Origin: Patescibacteria group bacterium
GTDB taxonomy: Bacteria; Patescibacteriota; Patescibacteriia; UBA11705; DATKZF01
Assembly: GCA_049319825.1 (NCBI GenBank)
Contig: JBMORT010000008.1
Span: 12,331-76,330 of the forward strand
DNA length: 64,000 bases
Direction of reading: 5' to 3'
Positions 30,539 through 40,678 of the stretch are shown piece by piece. The notes under the pieces are model-generated. The model was not told the origin of the DNA and searched no databases. It saw nothing but the letters and a program-made list of their open reading frames with translations. Position 1 is the stretch's first letter; the number at the start of each line of letters is the position of its first letter. The position numbers and the translations under genes are program-made.

Positions 30539-31972
30539 ATGAAAAACAAAATTTTATTTTTATTTTTTTTGCTTGGCGGTGTATTGTTCGCCGGTGCCGG
30601 CGTTTCGGCGTTCACCAACGCGGATCTGCCGGTGAAAATTTTTGATAAAGATCTAAAATCGATCGGAGAATTCAATCCTTTTTCAGATGATTTCAGCGGC
30701 GAAATTGATATGGCACTGGCCGACATGGATGGTGATAAATCCAAAGAGGTGGTGATAAGTTTGTGTGATCAAAAAAATGATACACTGGTAAAAATATATC
30801 GGCAAAACGGTCAAATGCTGAGCGAATTTCGTCCATATGTTCCCGGATTCACCGGTATGGTTTATTTGGCCGCCGCGGACCTCGATAATGATGGAATAGA
30901 TGAAATAATTACCGGCGCCGGAGAGCGTGGCGGACCCCAGGTAAGAATATTCGACGGCCATGGCAATTGGAAATTTGTCAAAGGTTTTTGGGCCGATGAT
31001 GAAAACACCTATCGCAAAGGAGTGAAGGTTTTTGCCGGCGATATCAATTCCGACGGATTGAATGAGATTATCACCACGACCTATGGCGAAAAAATGATAT
31101 TGCGGTTTTTTAATCGATTTGGACAGGAAATAAAGGATTCCATCGCTTACGAGGAAGGTAATTTTTTTGAACCGGCGGAAATCGCCGTTTCGGATTTGGG
31201 GGACGATGGACTGGGAGAGCTGATTATCAATACCGGCTTCGGCAATAAACCCGAGTTGGCTGTTTTGCAAAATGACGGCACCAAATTGAATTCCTTTATG
31301 GCGTATCATCCGGGATTCGGCGGCGGCGTGGATTTGGATTGGGCGGTGGAAAACGGCGAGAAGGTTTTTGTGACCGGCGCCGGATTCACCGGTGGCCCGC
31401 ACGTACGGTTTTTGAACAGTTTCGGCGAACCAATAAAAAATTTGAATTTTTTCGTTTATACTCAGGATTATAAAGGGGGAGTGAATGTCGCCGCCGCCGA
31501 TGTCGATAATGACGGATCGTTTGAATATGTCACCGCGCCCAAAATTCTTTTTGACGGTAATAAAAATTATTGGCCAAAGCATATTGAAGTCGATATTTCC
31601 AAGCAGATGCTTTACGCTTATCAATACGGTAAATTGGTTAAATCATTTTACATCTCATCGGGCACATACCGGCATCCGACGCCTTACGGCAAATTTACCG
31701 TTTATAGCAAAAGGCGAAGCGCGCGCATGGCCGGCTATTATGGCCCGGGCAATCCCGACAATTACGATTTGCCGGGTGTCCCCTATATTTTATCGTTCAA
31801 TGGGCCGTATACCATCCATGGGACCTACTGGCACAGCAATTTTGGGCATCGGATGAGCCATGGCTGCGTCAATATGTATACTCCTAACGCCAAGTGGGTT
31901 TATGAATGGGCGCCGATGGGCACGCCGGTGATTGTGCATAATGGAAATATAAATGCGGTATTGGGGAACTAA
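30539..31972 (+). CDS. L,D-transpeptidase with N-terminal FG-GAP-like repeats
   Basis: DLDNDGIDEII repeats; IHGTYWH...SHGCVN catalytic motif; signal peptide. Confidence 0.9.
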   Translation: MKNKILFLFFLLGGVLFAGAGVSAFTNADLPVKIFDKDLKSIGEFNPFSDDFSGEIDMALADMDGDKSKEVVISLCDQKNDTLVKIYRQNGQMLSEFRPYVPGFTGMVYLAAADLDNDGIDEIITGAGERGGPQVRIFDGHGNWKFVKGFWADDENTYRKGVKVFAGDINSDGLNEIITTTYGEKMILRFFNRFGQEIKDSIAYEEGNFFEPAEIAVSDLGDDGLGELIINTGFGNKPELAVLQNDGTKLNSFMAYHPGFGGGVDLDWAVENGEKVFVTGAGFTGGPHVRFLNSFGEPIKNLNFFVYTQDYKGGVNVAAADVDNDGSFEYVTAPKILFDGNKNYWPKHIEVDISKQMLYAYQYGKLVKSFYISSGTYRHPTPYGKFTVYSKRRSARMAGYYGPGNPDNYDLPGVPYILSFNGPYTIHGTYWHSNFGHRMSHGCVNMYTPNAKWVYEWAPMGTPVIVHNGNINAVLGN

Positions 31973-32246
31973 AGACGTAGAAATTGGTTGTTTGGAAAAT
32001 AGAAAATAGTAATGGAAATTTGCAAATAGAAATTGGTTTTAAATACTATTTTCCACTTTCTATTTTCTAATACCAATTTCCAATTTCTAAACAACCAGTT
32101 TCTATTATATGAAATTGATCATCAGCACCGAATCCAATCAAAAATTTTTTGTTGTTTGGGAAATAAAAAACGGGCGACTGGAAACAAATTTTTTTACATT
32201 ATCAATAATTTGCGAAAGCGCGAATAATTATTAACAAAACAATCCT

Positions 32247-33437
32247 ATGGCATTATTTGAAAGACTGGCGGCGATGAAGGCTAAGCAAGAAGCCGCAGAC
32301 ATAAAGAAAAAAAAGGAGGCTGAAACAGCAAAAGCTGAAGTGGAAAAATCAAAATTACAGGTCGAGAGGGAAAGCATGCTTGCCGAGATGGCGCAGGCTG
32401 AAGAGGCAGCTCGGCAGGCGAAAGCCGCTCTAACGGAAGCGGAGGCATTTGCAGCAGAACAAGGAGAGAATATTGATCCTGAAGTAAAGGCTGAAATAGT
32501 CGCGATTAAGAAGGAAGCTGCTGAAATTATAGAAAAGTTTGAAAATTTAAAAGCAGAAATTACTCAAATAGATCAAAAAATCGCAGTCTTAAGCGGAGAA
32601 GTTGCCCCAGTTAAAGCGCCGGCAGAGGGACCAGAACCGGCAGCAGAAGCGCCGGCAGAGGAACCAGAACCGGCAGTAGAAGCGCCGGCAGAGGAACCAA
32701 AACCGGCAGTAGAGCCGGCTCCGGCGGTAGAAATGCCTGAGCCGACACCCGAGGATTCGAAAAAGGCTATGAATGAGCTATTACCAAGAATGATCACCGG
32801 AGTTCATTGGACGAAAGATTGGATTGAGCGGGAAGGAGTGCCTATCAACAATCTTGTTCAACAAAATACAGAGAGCAATAATAAAGCAAAGAATTTAATC
32901 GGAACGCTGGCGGCATTTGAAGGCAAGGACCCGAGCGCATTATCTGTCAGCGAAAGAAATCAACTGCAGATAGCTTTGGCTGAAGCTTATGGCGCAACGC
33001 AATATACATTTCAAACCGTTCATCGCCCTCCTTATAATGAAAAATGGCCCACGGTGTTAGATAACATGAATGGCGAACTAACTGGGTTTGTTAAAAGTAA
33101 CCAATATGAACTGAAAGAAATGCGAGCCGAGCTGGCAGTTTTAAATGGAGAAGATACTCCCGATTTTGTCGGTCGAGTAAATTTAGCGAATATAAAAGAG
33201 AAGATGGGCGCAATGACCGCCTCAGATAAACAGCAGCTGATTGAATTGCTTCAAAGCAGAATCAGCGAGGGAGAAGAAAGTATAAAGAAAGCCGAAGATA
33301 CTATCGAGGCAAACAAGGATCAATTACGACAATCAGAGCCGATACTCCGTAATTCTGAGCGAACTTTATATAATACTAAGTTGGAACTTGATAAACTTGA
33401 GAGGAAGCTACGCAGACAGTTTAAGTCGGTATTATAG
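32247..33437 (+). CDS. hypothetical coiled-coil protein with Pro/Ala/Glu linker
   Basis: 396-aa ORF; three 33-bp tandem repeats at 32614-32713. Confidence 0.75.
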   Translation: MALFERLAAMKAKQEAADIKKKKEAETAKAEVEKSKLQVERESMLAEMAQAEEAARQAKAALTEAEAFAAEQGENIDPEVKAEIVAIKKEAAEIIEKFENLKAEITQIDQKIAVLSGEVAPVKAPAEGPEPAAEAPAEEPEPAVEAPAEEPKPAVEPAPAVEMPEPTPEDSKKAMNELLPRMITGVHWTKDWIEREGVPINNLVQQNTESNNKAKNLIGTLAAFEGKDPSALSVSERNQLQIALAEAYGATQYTFQTVHRPPYNEKWPTVLDNMNGELTGFVKSNQYELKEMRAELAVLNGEDTPDFVGRVNLANIKEKMGAMTASDKQQLIELLQSRISEGEESIKKAEDTIEANKDQLRQSEPILRNSERTLYNTKLELDKLERKLRRQFKSVL

Positions 33438-33479
33438 GGTACTGAATTTAACACGGTTATTAGTCATAATATTACATTT

Positions 33480-33659
33480 ATGAAAAATATAAAAACGAAA
33501 CAAGGATTATTAAAGAGAATGGCGGAAATAAAAAAAGAGCTTAAACTGTTACAAAAACAATTTAAACAATTAAATAAAAACGCCGAGGACATCAGAAAAC
33601 GGGTTGGCGCCGATCGGGATAAAAGAGAAATTGCAAAACTTAGGGCCCAAATTACCTAA
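33480..33659 (+). CDS. small coiled-coil protein (59 aa), not in ORF track
   Basis: Hand-translated MKNIKTKQGLLKRMAEIKKEL...DKREIAKLRAQIT. Confidence 0.55.
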   Translation: MKNIKTKQGLLKRMAEIKKELKLLQKQFKQLNKNAEDIRKRVGADRDKREIAKLRAQIT

Positions 33660-33695
33660 AATAATTCCTTGTTAACGGGTCAGATAAGACGCATT

Positions 33696-34160
33696 ATGAA
33701 ATTGATCATCAGCACCGAATCCAATCAAAAATTTTCAATAGCGTTGGCCGATTCGCGTCGGCTAATTGATTATGTGTTGGTTGAAAAGCCTTTCATGCAG
33801 TCAGAGCTGGTATTACAAATAATTGATAAATTATTTAATAAATATAAAATTACAAATAATTACAAATTATTACAGATAAATGATAGCAAGAGAATTATTA
33901 CAAATAATTACAAATTGCTGGATGAAATAATTGTAATATCCGGTCCGGGAGACTTTTCAGCGGTTAGAATCGGCATTTCGATCGCTAATGCGCTGAGCTA
34001 TGCCTGGAGCGTGCCGGTAAAAGCGGTTAAATTGAAAAAGAAATACAAATCAGAAGAAAGCAAATTAAAGGATGTTTTGAAACTCAGCGCGAAAGTCAAT
34101 GCTGGAAAAATCGCCGAGCCGGTTTATAATGCGGAGCCGAATATTACTACTAGGCAATAG
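33696..34160 (+). CDS. tsaB: tRNA threonylcarbamoyladenosine biosynthesis protein TsaB (short)
   Basis: ISTES start, GPGDFSAVRIGISIANAL, C-terminal PVY..EPNIT. Confidence 0.8.
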   Translation: MKLIISTESNQKFSIALADSRRLIDYVLVEKPFMQSELVLQIIDKLFNKYKITNNYKLLQINDSKRIITNNYKLLDEIIVISGPGDFSAVRIGISIANALSYAWSVPVKAVKLKKKYKSEESKLKDVLKLSAKVNAGKIAEPVYNAEPNITTRQ

Positions 34161-34270
34161 GCAGGAGGCAGTAGTAAGTAATGGAAGGCTTAAGGGGGCT
34201 TAAGAAGGCTTGAGAGGGCAAAGGGGGCAAATAAGGCAATAGCTACAAGTTATAAGGTACAAGGAAAAAT

Positions 34271-35116
34271 ATGGAAACCACAAAAATCGCTTTATTCAAA
34301 GGGAAAAAGATTAGGAAAACACTCTTTCAAAATGAATGGTGGTTTTCTGTTATTGATGTTGTGCAAGCGCTTACTGATCAAGCCGATGATTATATTGCTA
34401 GAAAATATTGGAATAAACTTGCTCAAAGATTAAGAGAAGAAGGAAGCGAGGTGGTGACATTTTGTCACCGACTGAAATTAGAAGCGTCTGATGGGAAAAA
34501 ATATGAAACCGACTGCGCCAATACAGAAGGAATTTTTCGCATAATTCAGTCAATTCCTTCTCCAAAAGCCGAGCCCTTTAAACGCTGGCTGGCAAAAGTC
34601 GGTTATGAACGGGTGCAAGAAGTTGAAAATCCGGAATTGGCGACCAAGCGCACGAGGATGCTTTATAAGTTGAAAGGCTATCCTGACGATTGGATTGAAA
34701 ATAGAATGCGCGGCATCGCTATTCGCGAGGAATTGACAGACGAATGGCAAAATCGCGGAGCCCGCGAGCAGAAAGATTATGAAATTTTAACGGCTGAGAT
34801 ATCAAAGGCGACTTTCGGCATTACTCCAAACGAATATAAAGAACTCAAGGGATTGAAACGGGAAAACCTGCGCGATCATATGGACGATTTTGAATTGATT
34901 TTTACCATGCTGGGCGAAAGAGCGACGACTGAAATACATCGGACTGAAGATTCCCAAGGCTTGAATAAATTAAAATCAGACGCCAAAGCTGGCGGAGATA
35001 TTGCCGGCGGAGCCAGAAAGAAACTGGAAAAGCGGTTGGGAAAGCCTGTAGTTTCTAAAGATAATTTTTTGCCTTCTTCCAGAAAAGATGGATATTATAT
35101 AAATGATACAGATTGA
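34271..35116 (+). CDS. BRO-N family / phage antirepressor-like DNA-binding protein
   Basis: WWFSVIDVV, QSIPSPKAEPFKRWLAKVG, LRDHM. Confidence 0.85.
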   Translation: METTKIALFKGKKIRKTLFQNEWWFSVIDVVQALTDQADDYIARKYWNKLAQRLREEGSEVVTFCHRLKLEASDGKKYETDCANTEGIFRIIQSIPSPKAEPFKRWLAKVGYERVQEVENPELATKRTRMLYKLKGYPDDWIENRMRGIAIREELTDEWQNRGAREQKDYEILTAEISKATFGITPNEYKELKGLKRENLRDHMDDFELIFTMLGERATTEIHRTEDSQGLNKLKSDAKAGGDIAGGARKKLEKRLGKPVVSKDNFLPSSRKDGYYINDTD

Positions 35117-35244
35117 AAGTGAAAACGCAAAAACGCGAAAACGCGAAGTCGCGAAGTCGCTCGGGCAATGTTTGTCCGGCGATTTTTTGACAAGAGAGAT
35201 TTATATCTTTACAATGCCAGAAGTATTCAGGGGAGGAAATAAAG

Positions 35245-35538
35245 ATGAGAAAAAGAGCGATATTATGGATTTGTATTTCATTGATATTCTGGATAGCCGG
35301 CTGCGCTGTGCAGCTGAAAGAACAAAAAGGAGCTGCGCACATAAATAAGGAATTTGTCACACCAAACGTTTATTTTGATCAGGCTATTTTTTATGAGCTG
35401 CAAGAGAGAATCAGAATATTGGAAAAACAGCTGAATTGGCTGCTGGCAATTTTATACCAGCAGAAAAAAATATTTATAAAGCTTCAAATGCTAGCCAATA
35501 GGGTATATCAAGATAGTTTTGATAAATTTGGCAAATAA
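35245..35538 (+). CDS. hypothetical lipoprotein-like protein
   Basis: Signal peptide ending IAGC; GGGAGG RBS; TTGACA promoter. Confidence 0.55.
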   Translation: MRKRAILWICISLIFWIAGCAVQLKEQKGAAHINKEFVTPNVYFDQAIFYELQERIRILEKQLNWLLAILYQQKKIFIKLQMLANRVYQDSFDKFGK

Positions 35539-35576
35539 AGGAGTTATTATGGCAGGATTTATTGAATTCTGCTTTT

Positions 35577-35678
35577 TTATCCACAAAAATGGGGATAAGT
35601 CAGGCGGAAAGTTAAAAGTGAAAAGTGAAAAGTCAAAAGTTTTCAATGCACTTTTTATCCACAGAAATGATATTCACA
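35577..35678. promoter_or_regulatory. cluster of DnaA boxes
   Basis: TTATCCACA at 35577 and 35655; TGGGGATAA at 35590; ATATTCACA at 35670. Confidence 0.65.
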
Positions 35679-35752
35679 TAAAAAAAGCTTAAATATATGG
35701 CGTTTTTTTGTTTTTGCACTGGTGTTGAATAATGGTTGATAGGATAATATAA

Positions 35753-35800
35753 GTGGGGTATAATGGAGTTAGTGGAAATTTTTGTGGGGAAAAGTGGGGA
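35753..35800 (+). promoter_or_regulatory. MraZ-binding repeats in the mraZ promoter
   Basis: GTGGGG/ATGGAG/GTGGAA/GTGGGG/GTGGGG at ~10-bp spacing, overlapping TATAAT. Confidence 0.7.
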
Positions 35801-35874
35801 AAATCTGGCGGGAAGTTAACTGAGCTATAATTAATTTCCCGCCAGGTTCACTTTATTTTTGTTACAAGATAGTA

Positions 35875-35919
35875 CCCTTCGACTCCCCCTCGACTTGCTC
35901 GGGGTCGCTCAGTGCAGGC
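35875..35919. repeat. REP-like palindromic element
   Basis: CCCTTCGACT...CGCTCAG ends with nested hairpin; reverse-complement-related to CTGAGCG...AGTCGAAGGG inside 44824-44890. Confidence 0.5.
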
Positions 35920-35965
35920 AAGATTGGAAATTGATTATTATTAAGTATTAAAGATGCTAGTTTCT

Positions 35966-36030
35966 TGTTCCATGCTCCATGCTCCATGCTCCATGCTCCA
36001 TGCTCCATGTTACATGATACATGACATATG
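35966..36030. repeat. heptamer tandem array (CATGCTC) running into the mraZ start codon
   Basis: Same unit as 9677-9812. Confidence 0.9.
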
Positions 36031-36459
36031 TTCATCGGTGAGTACCAACATAGTCTGGACCAAAAAGACCGACTGGCAGTGCCGGTTAAATTTCGTTCGA
36101 TATTGAAAGAAGGCGCTGTCGTTACCCGAGGCTTGGATAATTGTTTGTTCTTATACACTAAAAAGGAATGGAGTAAATTGGCGGAAAAATTATCGGCATT
36201 GCCCATAAGCAAATCAAATACCAGGGCGTTCAGCCGCTTTATGCTGTCCGGAGCGATGGATGTCGGCATTGATAAGCAGGGCAGAATTAAAATTCCGGAT
36301 TATTTGAAAAAATTTGCCGGCCTGAAAAAAAATGTAATCGTGGCCGGATTACTAAATCGTTTGGAGCTTTGGGATGAAATGGCCTGGAATAAATATAAGC
36401 AGGGGAATGAGAAAGCTTCGGCGCAGATCGCGGAAGAGCTGGAGAATCTTGACGTGTAA
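36028..36459 (+). CDS. mraZ: division/cell wall cluster repressor MraZ
   Basis: MFIGEYQHSLDQKDR, TRGLDNCL, DKQGRI. Confidence 0.96.
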   Translation: MFIGEYQHSLDQKDRLAVPVKFRSILKEGAVVTRGLDNCLFLYTKKEWSKLAEKLSALPISKSNTRAFSRFMLSGAMDVGIDKQGRIKIPDYLKKFAGLKKNVIVAGLLNRLELWDEMAWNKYKQGNEKASAQIAEELENLDV

Positions 36460-36551
36460 ATCGATGCTAATATACGAATTGATACTAATGATACTAATAT
36501 TACAAAAGCATTCGTATAATTCGCATGCATTAGTATATTGGCATCGCTTGT

Positions 36552-37481
36552 ATGGCTATTCACAAACCAGTTTTGATAAAGGAGGTGATAGAGTCGCTTG
36601 ATCCGCAGCCGAATCAGAATTTTATTGATTGCACTTTGGGAGCCGGCGGGCATACGCGAGAGCTGCTGGAAAAAACCAGACCAAACGGAAAAGTGCTGGC
36701 CCTGGACTGGGATGAAAATGCCGTTATTGAGGCCAAACAAACCTTAAAGGAATATTTGCCGCGATTAACATTGATTAGAGATAACTATTCGAATTTGAAA
36801 AAAGTCGTTCAAGAAAATGATTTTGCTGATTTCAGCGGCGTGTTACTTGATCTGGGGTTATCCTCTGACCAGCTGAAATCTTCAGGCCGGGGATTCAGCT
36901 TTTTGACAGATGAGCCGCTGGATATGCGTTTTAGCTTGACGAACGGTTTAACCGCCGGTCAGATATTGAATAATTGGTCTGAGCCGGAACTGAAAAAAAT
37001 ATTAAAGGAATTCGGTGAAGAGGAAAAATTTCATAAAATAGTGGCTGAGATCGTCAAATATCGCCGAAATAGAAAATTCAAAACTACTCATCAGCTGGTG
37101 GATTTGATTGAACGAGTGAAAGGCTTGCCGAGAAAAGGGAAAATACACCCGGCGACCAAGGTTTTTCAAGCTTTGCGCATTGCCGTCAATAACGAGCTGG
37201 AAAATATAAAAAGCACATTGGCGCAGGCGGCTGGATTGATGCCAGTCGGATCTAAAATCGCGGTCATCAGTTTTCATTCGCTCGAAGATCGGATTATCAA
37301 GCAATTTTTTCAACGAGAGAGCAAAGATTGCGTTTGTCCGTCGGAAATTCCGGAATGCCGCTGCGGACATCGGGCAATATTAAAAATTATAACAAAAAAA
37401 CCGGTTATCGCATCTGCTGCGGAAGTGAAGGAGAATCCACGCGCAAGGTCGGCGAAGCTTAGAGTGGCGGAACGGATTTAA
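36552..37481 (+). CDS. rsmH: 16S rRNA m4C1402 methyltransferase RsmH
   Basis: DCTLGAGGH, PLDMRF, FQALRIAVN, SFHSLEDR, NPRARSAKLR. Confidence 0.97.
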   Translation: MAIHKPVLIKEVIESLDPQPNQNFIDCTLGAGGHTRELLEKTRPNGKVLALDWDENAVIEAKQTLKEYLPRLTLIRDNYSNLKKVVQENDFADFSGVLLDLGLSSDQLKSSGRGFSFLTDEPLDMRFSLTNGLTAGQILNNWSEPELKKILKEFGEEEKFHKIVAEIVKYRRNRKFKTTHQLVDLIERVKGLPRKGKIHPATKVFQALRIAVNNELENIKSTLAQAAGLMPVGSKIAVISFHSLEDRIIKQFFQRESKDCVCPSEIPECRCGHRAILKIITKKPVIASAAEVKENPRARSAKLRVAERI

Positions 37482-37565
37482 GTGAATTTCCAGGCGAAAA
37501 CACCAAAAACAAAAATAAAATTGATACATGTTTCATGATCCATGATCCGTGTTACATGACCAAAT

Positions 37566-37937
37566 ATGTCTCCCTTTTTAAAATTTTCAAAATTTTCTCG
37601 GGTGAAATCAATCCAGTCGCCTAAAATTACCAGAGAAATAAAGCCTTTCAAATTTAAAAATTTTCTATTTATAAAAATTTTATTGATATTGCTATTGGTT
37701 GGCTCGGTGTTTCTTTACTTGATGCAGATTAACAGCCTGGCCACCAAGGGATTTAAGATTCAGGAGCTTGAAGGCCGGATTGGTGTGTTGCAGGACGGCA
37801 ATAAAAAGATGAGCATGGAAGCGGTCAAGCTCAGGTCAATGGCCGAACTAAATGAAAAAATTCAGAATTTAGACATGGTGCCAATAACCGAATTTTCATA
37901 TATCGAAGCGACTTCAACAGGCGTCGCCAAGCGATAA
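37566..37937 (+). CDS. putative cell division protein FtsL-like
   Basis: TM plus coiled coil, located directly after rsmH. Confidence 0.65.
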   Translation: MSPFLKFSKFSRVKSIQSPKITREIKPFKFKNFLFIKILLILLLVGSVFLYLMQINSLATKGFKIQELEGRIGVLQDGNKKMSMEAVKLRSMAELNEKIQNLDMVPITEFSYIEATSTGVAKR

Positions 37938-37969
37938 TGGTTCTTTTAACAGCTGGACGTAAAAAAGCC

Positions 37970-38515
37970 TCATCCGTTGGATGGGCTTTTTTGCATTCTT
38001 TTTTTGCGATTGATCCGACCGACGAACCATGATCCCCGTGGATCGATCAGGTGAACAAACATGAAGACGAATTCTTTCATTCTTTCAATCCAGCTCATTT
38101 GGTGTCTGACCGTTTTGATTTTAACTCTTATGCCGTAGCTTAAAAAAGTGATCCACAGCCTGATCGCGTGCTGCCAATCTGTTAGCACTGTGATTCTGGC
38201 GTCAGTCAGTCCGCATTGTTTGAGCAAATCGATCGAGTATTTAACATTCTGGTACGTGTCTAGCGATTCTTTTTCCGCGATAACGCGATCGCCGGGCACG
38301 TGGTGAGAGTCAAACCAGCGCCGCATCAATTCCGCAGCCGGAGTTTGTTGAATATCAGGCGGCAGAAAAACGCCGCCGCAGGTGAGAATACAGAAATACT
38401 CACGAGTATGCCACATCATTTTGGCGCGTTGACAGCGATTGAGAGTGTCTTTTGCCGCCAGCTGATCAACCGGCTTGATTCCGCCTGCGGGCACCAACAG
38501 AATTTCGCGTCTCAT
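37970..38515 (-). CDS. YdcF/DUF218 family protein
   Basis: LTCGG, AELMRRW, ESLDTYQN, VLTDWQHAIR; GAGGAGGAGG RBS. Confidence 0.8.
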   Translation of the reverse strand: MRREILLVPAGGIKPVDQLAAKDTLNRCQRAKMMWHTREYFCILTCGGVFLPPDIQQTPAAELMRRWFDSHHVPGDRVIAEKESLDTYQNVKYSIDLLKQCGLTDARITVLTDWQHAIRLWITFLSYGIRVKIKTVRHQMSWIERMKEFVFMFVHLIDPRGSWFVGRINRKKRMQKSPSNG

Positions 38516-38873
38516 GGCCTCCTCCTCATCCAGACGGTATTTTATCTTATTAAAAAAATATTAAAATGTCAATTATTAACAGTTAGTTTTGGTAAATGAT
38601 ATATTTGTGGTAGAATTAATACAACATGGAGCAATGTTATGAGGCAGTAGGCAAGAGGCGGCCTGCCTGACCAGTAGTACGTTACTATGGACTATTGCCC
38701 CTTTAACGACGCTCAAGTCAGGCTTCTGCTTATTGCCTTGCGTATCTCGCGTCTCGCCCATCGCCTTTCTTATACCAATCAACAATTAACCTCGTAACGT
38801 CGTAACCTCATAACCTCATAACCTCTTAATTTTTTTTCCAGCTAACGACATATTTAAAATAAAATTTATCTTT

Positions 38874-39560
38874 ATGCCAAAACAAAAAGCACAAAAAAAA
38901 TTTAAGCCGTCAGCCATCCCGGCAGCGACGATGATGATTGTCGCCGGGCTGGCATTGCTGATTCTCTTGGTCGGCGGTGGCTATGTCTGGTATTATACCA
39001 GTGTGATCGGCCCATTGCAGATTATCGTCGATAATCAGCTGAAGCTTCAAGAGCAAATAGACAACATCCAAACGATGCCGGGCAGCGACGCTTCGTTGAG
39101 CTCGATGGCCGAATTTTTATACAGTGACGCCGGAAATAATTTTGGCTACGGCAAAAAATCCATGGACGCTTTAACGGTGTTTACGCCGTCAAACCTTTCC
39201 GCTCAAAGCGATGAATGCGGCACCGATAAAAACGAGGCGTATTTCGTGAGGTTATTGAATGAGTTTGGAGGAAAAGACAAAGCCGTGGTTTATTCATTCA
39301 AATACAATAAAGATTCACAAGAGCCGAATGAATGGATGGTGACAGTAGTGCCGAATCGGTTTGGATATAAAACGATGGCTGAGTTTGAGAACGATTTTAA
39401 TTTTTGCGCCGCCGGCGGCGATTTGTATCCGACAATGGTCAATGATCGGTATTTATTATTTGTTTCCGGTTGCGGCACCGGTTTTAATGATGGCTCCGGC
39501 CGGCCGATCGGCTGCGATGAGGTGAGAAAAGTGATCCAGCCGACAATTAAGTTGAAATAA
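38874..39560 (+). CDS. membrane-anchored surface protein
   Basis: N-terminal TM plus coiled coil, Cys-containing ectodomain; terminator at 39568-39598. Confidence 0.7.
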   Translation: MPKQKAQKKFKPSAIPAATMMIVAGLALLILLVGGGYVWYYTSVIGPLQIIVDNQLKLQEQIDNIQTMPGSDASLSSMAEFLYSDAGNNFGYGKKSMDALTVFTPSNLSAQSDECGTDKNEAYFVRLLNEFGGKDKAVVYSFKYNKDSQEPNEWMVTVVPNRFGYKTMAEFENDFNFCAAGGDLYPTMVNDRYLLFVSGCGTGFNDGSGRPIGCDEVRKVIQPTIKLK

Positions 39561-39717
39561 ATTTGTTAAAACCGGCGCAAATTATTGTGCCGGTTTTTAT
39601 ATTTTGTGTTATAATAGAAACGTCATGGATCATGGAGCGATTCTAATGTGTTTGTAAATTAGAAATATTTGTAATTATTCGTAATAAAAATAAATAATAT
39701 TCGTAATTTGCTATTTT

Positions 39718-40536
39718 ATGCCCAAACAAACAGACAAAAAAACAAAATGCCTCTTGCCGTGTTACATTATGCTGATAACAGCGATAATAACGGTCGCCAC
39801 AGTGATCGCCTGTGTCGGCTACATGTGGTATTTTTCATTGATTGGCTCGCCGATCCAGCGGCTGGCGGAGAATCAGACAATGCTGCAAAATCAAGTTCAG
39901 AAGTTGGCTCCCGAGGCGACAGGGGAAGCGGTTAGCTCTGTTGGAAGCGAAACAAGAATTTTATTAAAGCCAATTCAAGGAGTATTTCAGTACAATCCGA
40001 CATATGAGGCGAACCTAAAAGCATCGGAGATGGAATGTGAATTGACTAAGCCTGTGGCGGCTGACAAAGTTAAAACATATTTCAGCCAACGCACAGGAAG
40101 TTCATTTGACATACCATATAATGCTGATTGGGTGAATTCAAAATATTCGCTGGATCCCTATGATGTGGTTGCTCCTTACGATCCTAATAAAAGAGGAGTG
40201 CTGGGTCAAGTCAACTTCGGTCCATTAGTCAGTTCGGAAAATTGCGCATGGAGAAGACAGTATGTATTGCAATTCTTGGATAGCATGTCAGCCGAAGATA
40301 GTGTGAAGGACATTGATTATTCATCGATAACGAAAATCACGATTAAAACCGAGCAGGGAGAATTAAAAGCGCTTAAAGTATTAGCAGAAGGTATGTGCGG
40401 GGATATTCCGATGTTGATTGTCTTGGGCCCCGAGTACAATTATGAATTTTCCGGTGATTGTTTTACTGGTACTTCCAATGATTTTACAGTTTTTGAATCG
40501 ATTATGCAGACATTTCGCTTCACTCATGGTTTATAA
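39718..40536 (+). CDS. membrane-anchored surface protein
   Basis: MPKQ start, TM, N-terminus similar to previous gene; terminator at 40552-40584. Confidence 0.7.
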   Translation: MPKQTDKKTKCLLPCYIMLITAIITVATVIACVGYMWYFSLIGSPIQRLAENQTMLQNQVQKLAPEATGEAVSSVGSETRILLKPIQGVFQYNPTYEANLKASEMECELTKPVAADKVKTYFSQRTGSSFDIPYNADWVNSKYSLDPYDVVAPYDPNKRGVLGQVNFGPLVSSENCAWRRQYVLQFLDSMSAEDSVKDIDYSSITKITIKTEQGELKALKVLAEGMCGDIPMLIVLGPEYNYEFSGDCFTGTSNDFTVFESIMQTFRFTHGL

Positions 40537-40678
40537 TCATTAAAAAATTTCAAAAAACCGGTTTCCTCTGCGATGCCGGTTTTTTATACACAATTTTTTG
40601 AAAATTAATTACAATTATCAGTATTTATGGTATAATTTATTTGTAATTATTCGTAATAAAATAAATATTTGTAATTAT

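Larger units (their letters stand above)
32108..33735 (+). repeat. 41-bp exact direct repeat (32108-32148 / 33695-33735) duplicating the tsaB start and flanking an insert
   Basis: TATGAAATTGATCATCAGCACCGAATCCAATCAAAAATTTT in both places. Confidence 0.92.

Noticed and set aside
30683-31624. 313-aa antisense ORF
   Set aside because: Shadow of the L,D-transpeptidase gene, no motifs
34271-35116. Prophage indicated by the BRO/antirepressor gene
   Set aside because: No integrase, structural or replication phage genes adjacent; the gene is a singleton
35540-35830. Replication origin
   Set aside because: Only a few DnaA boxes, no dnaA/dnaN nearby, and gene orientation stays mostly + on both sides
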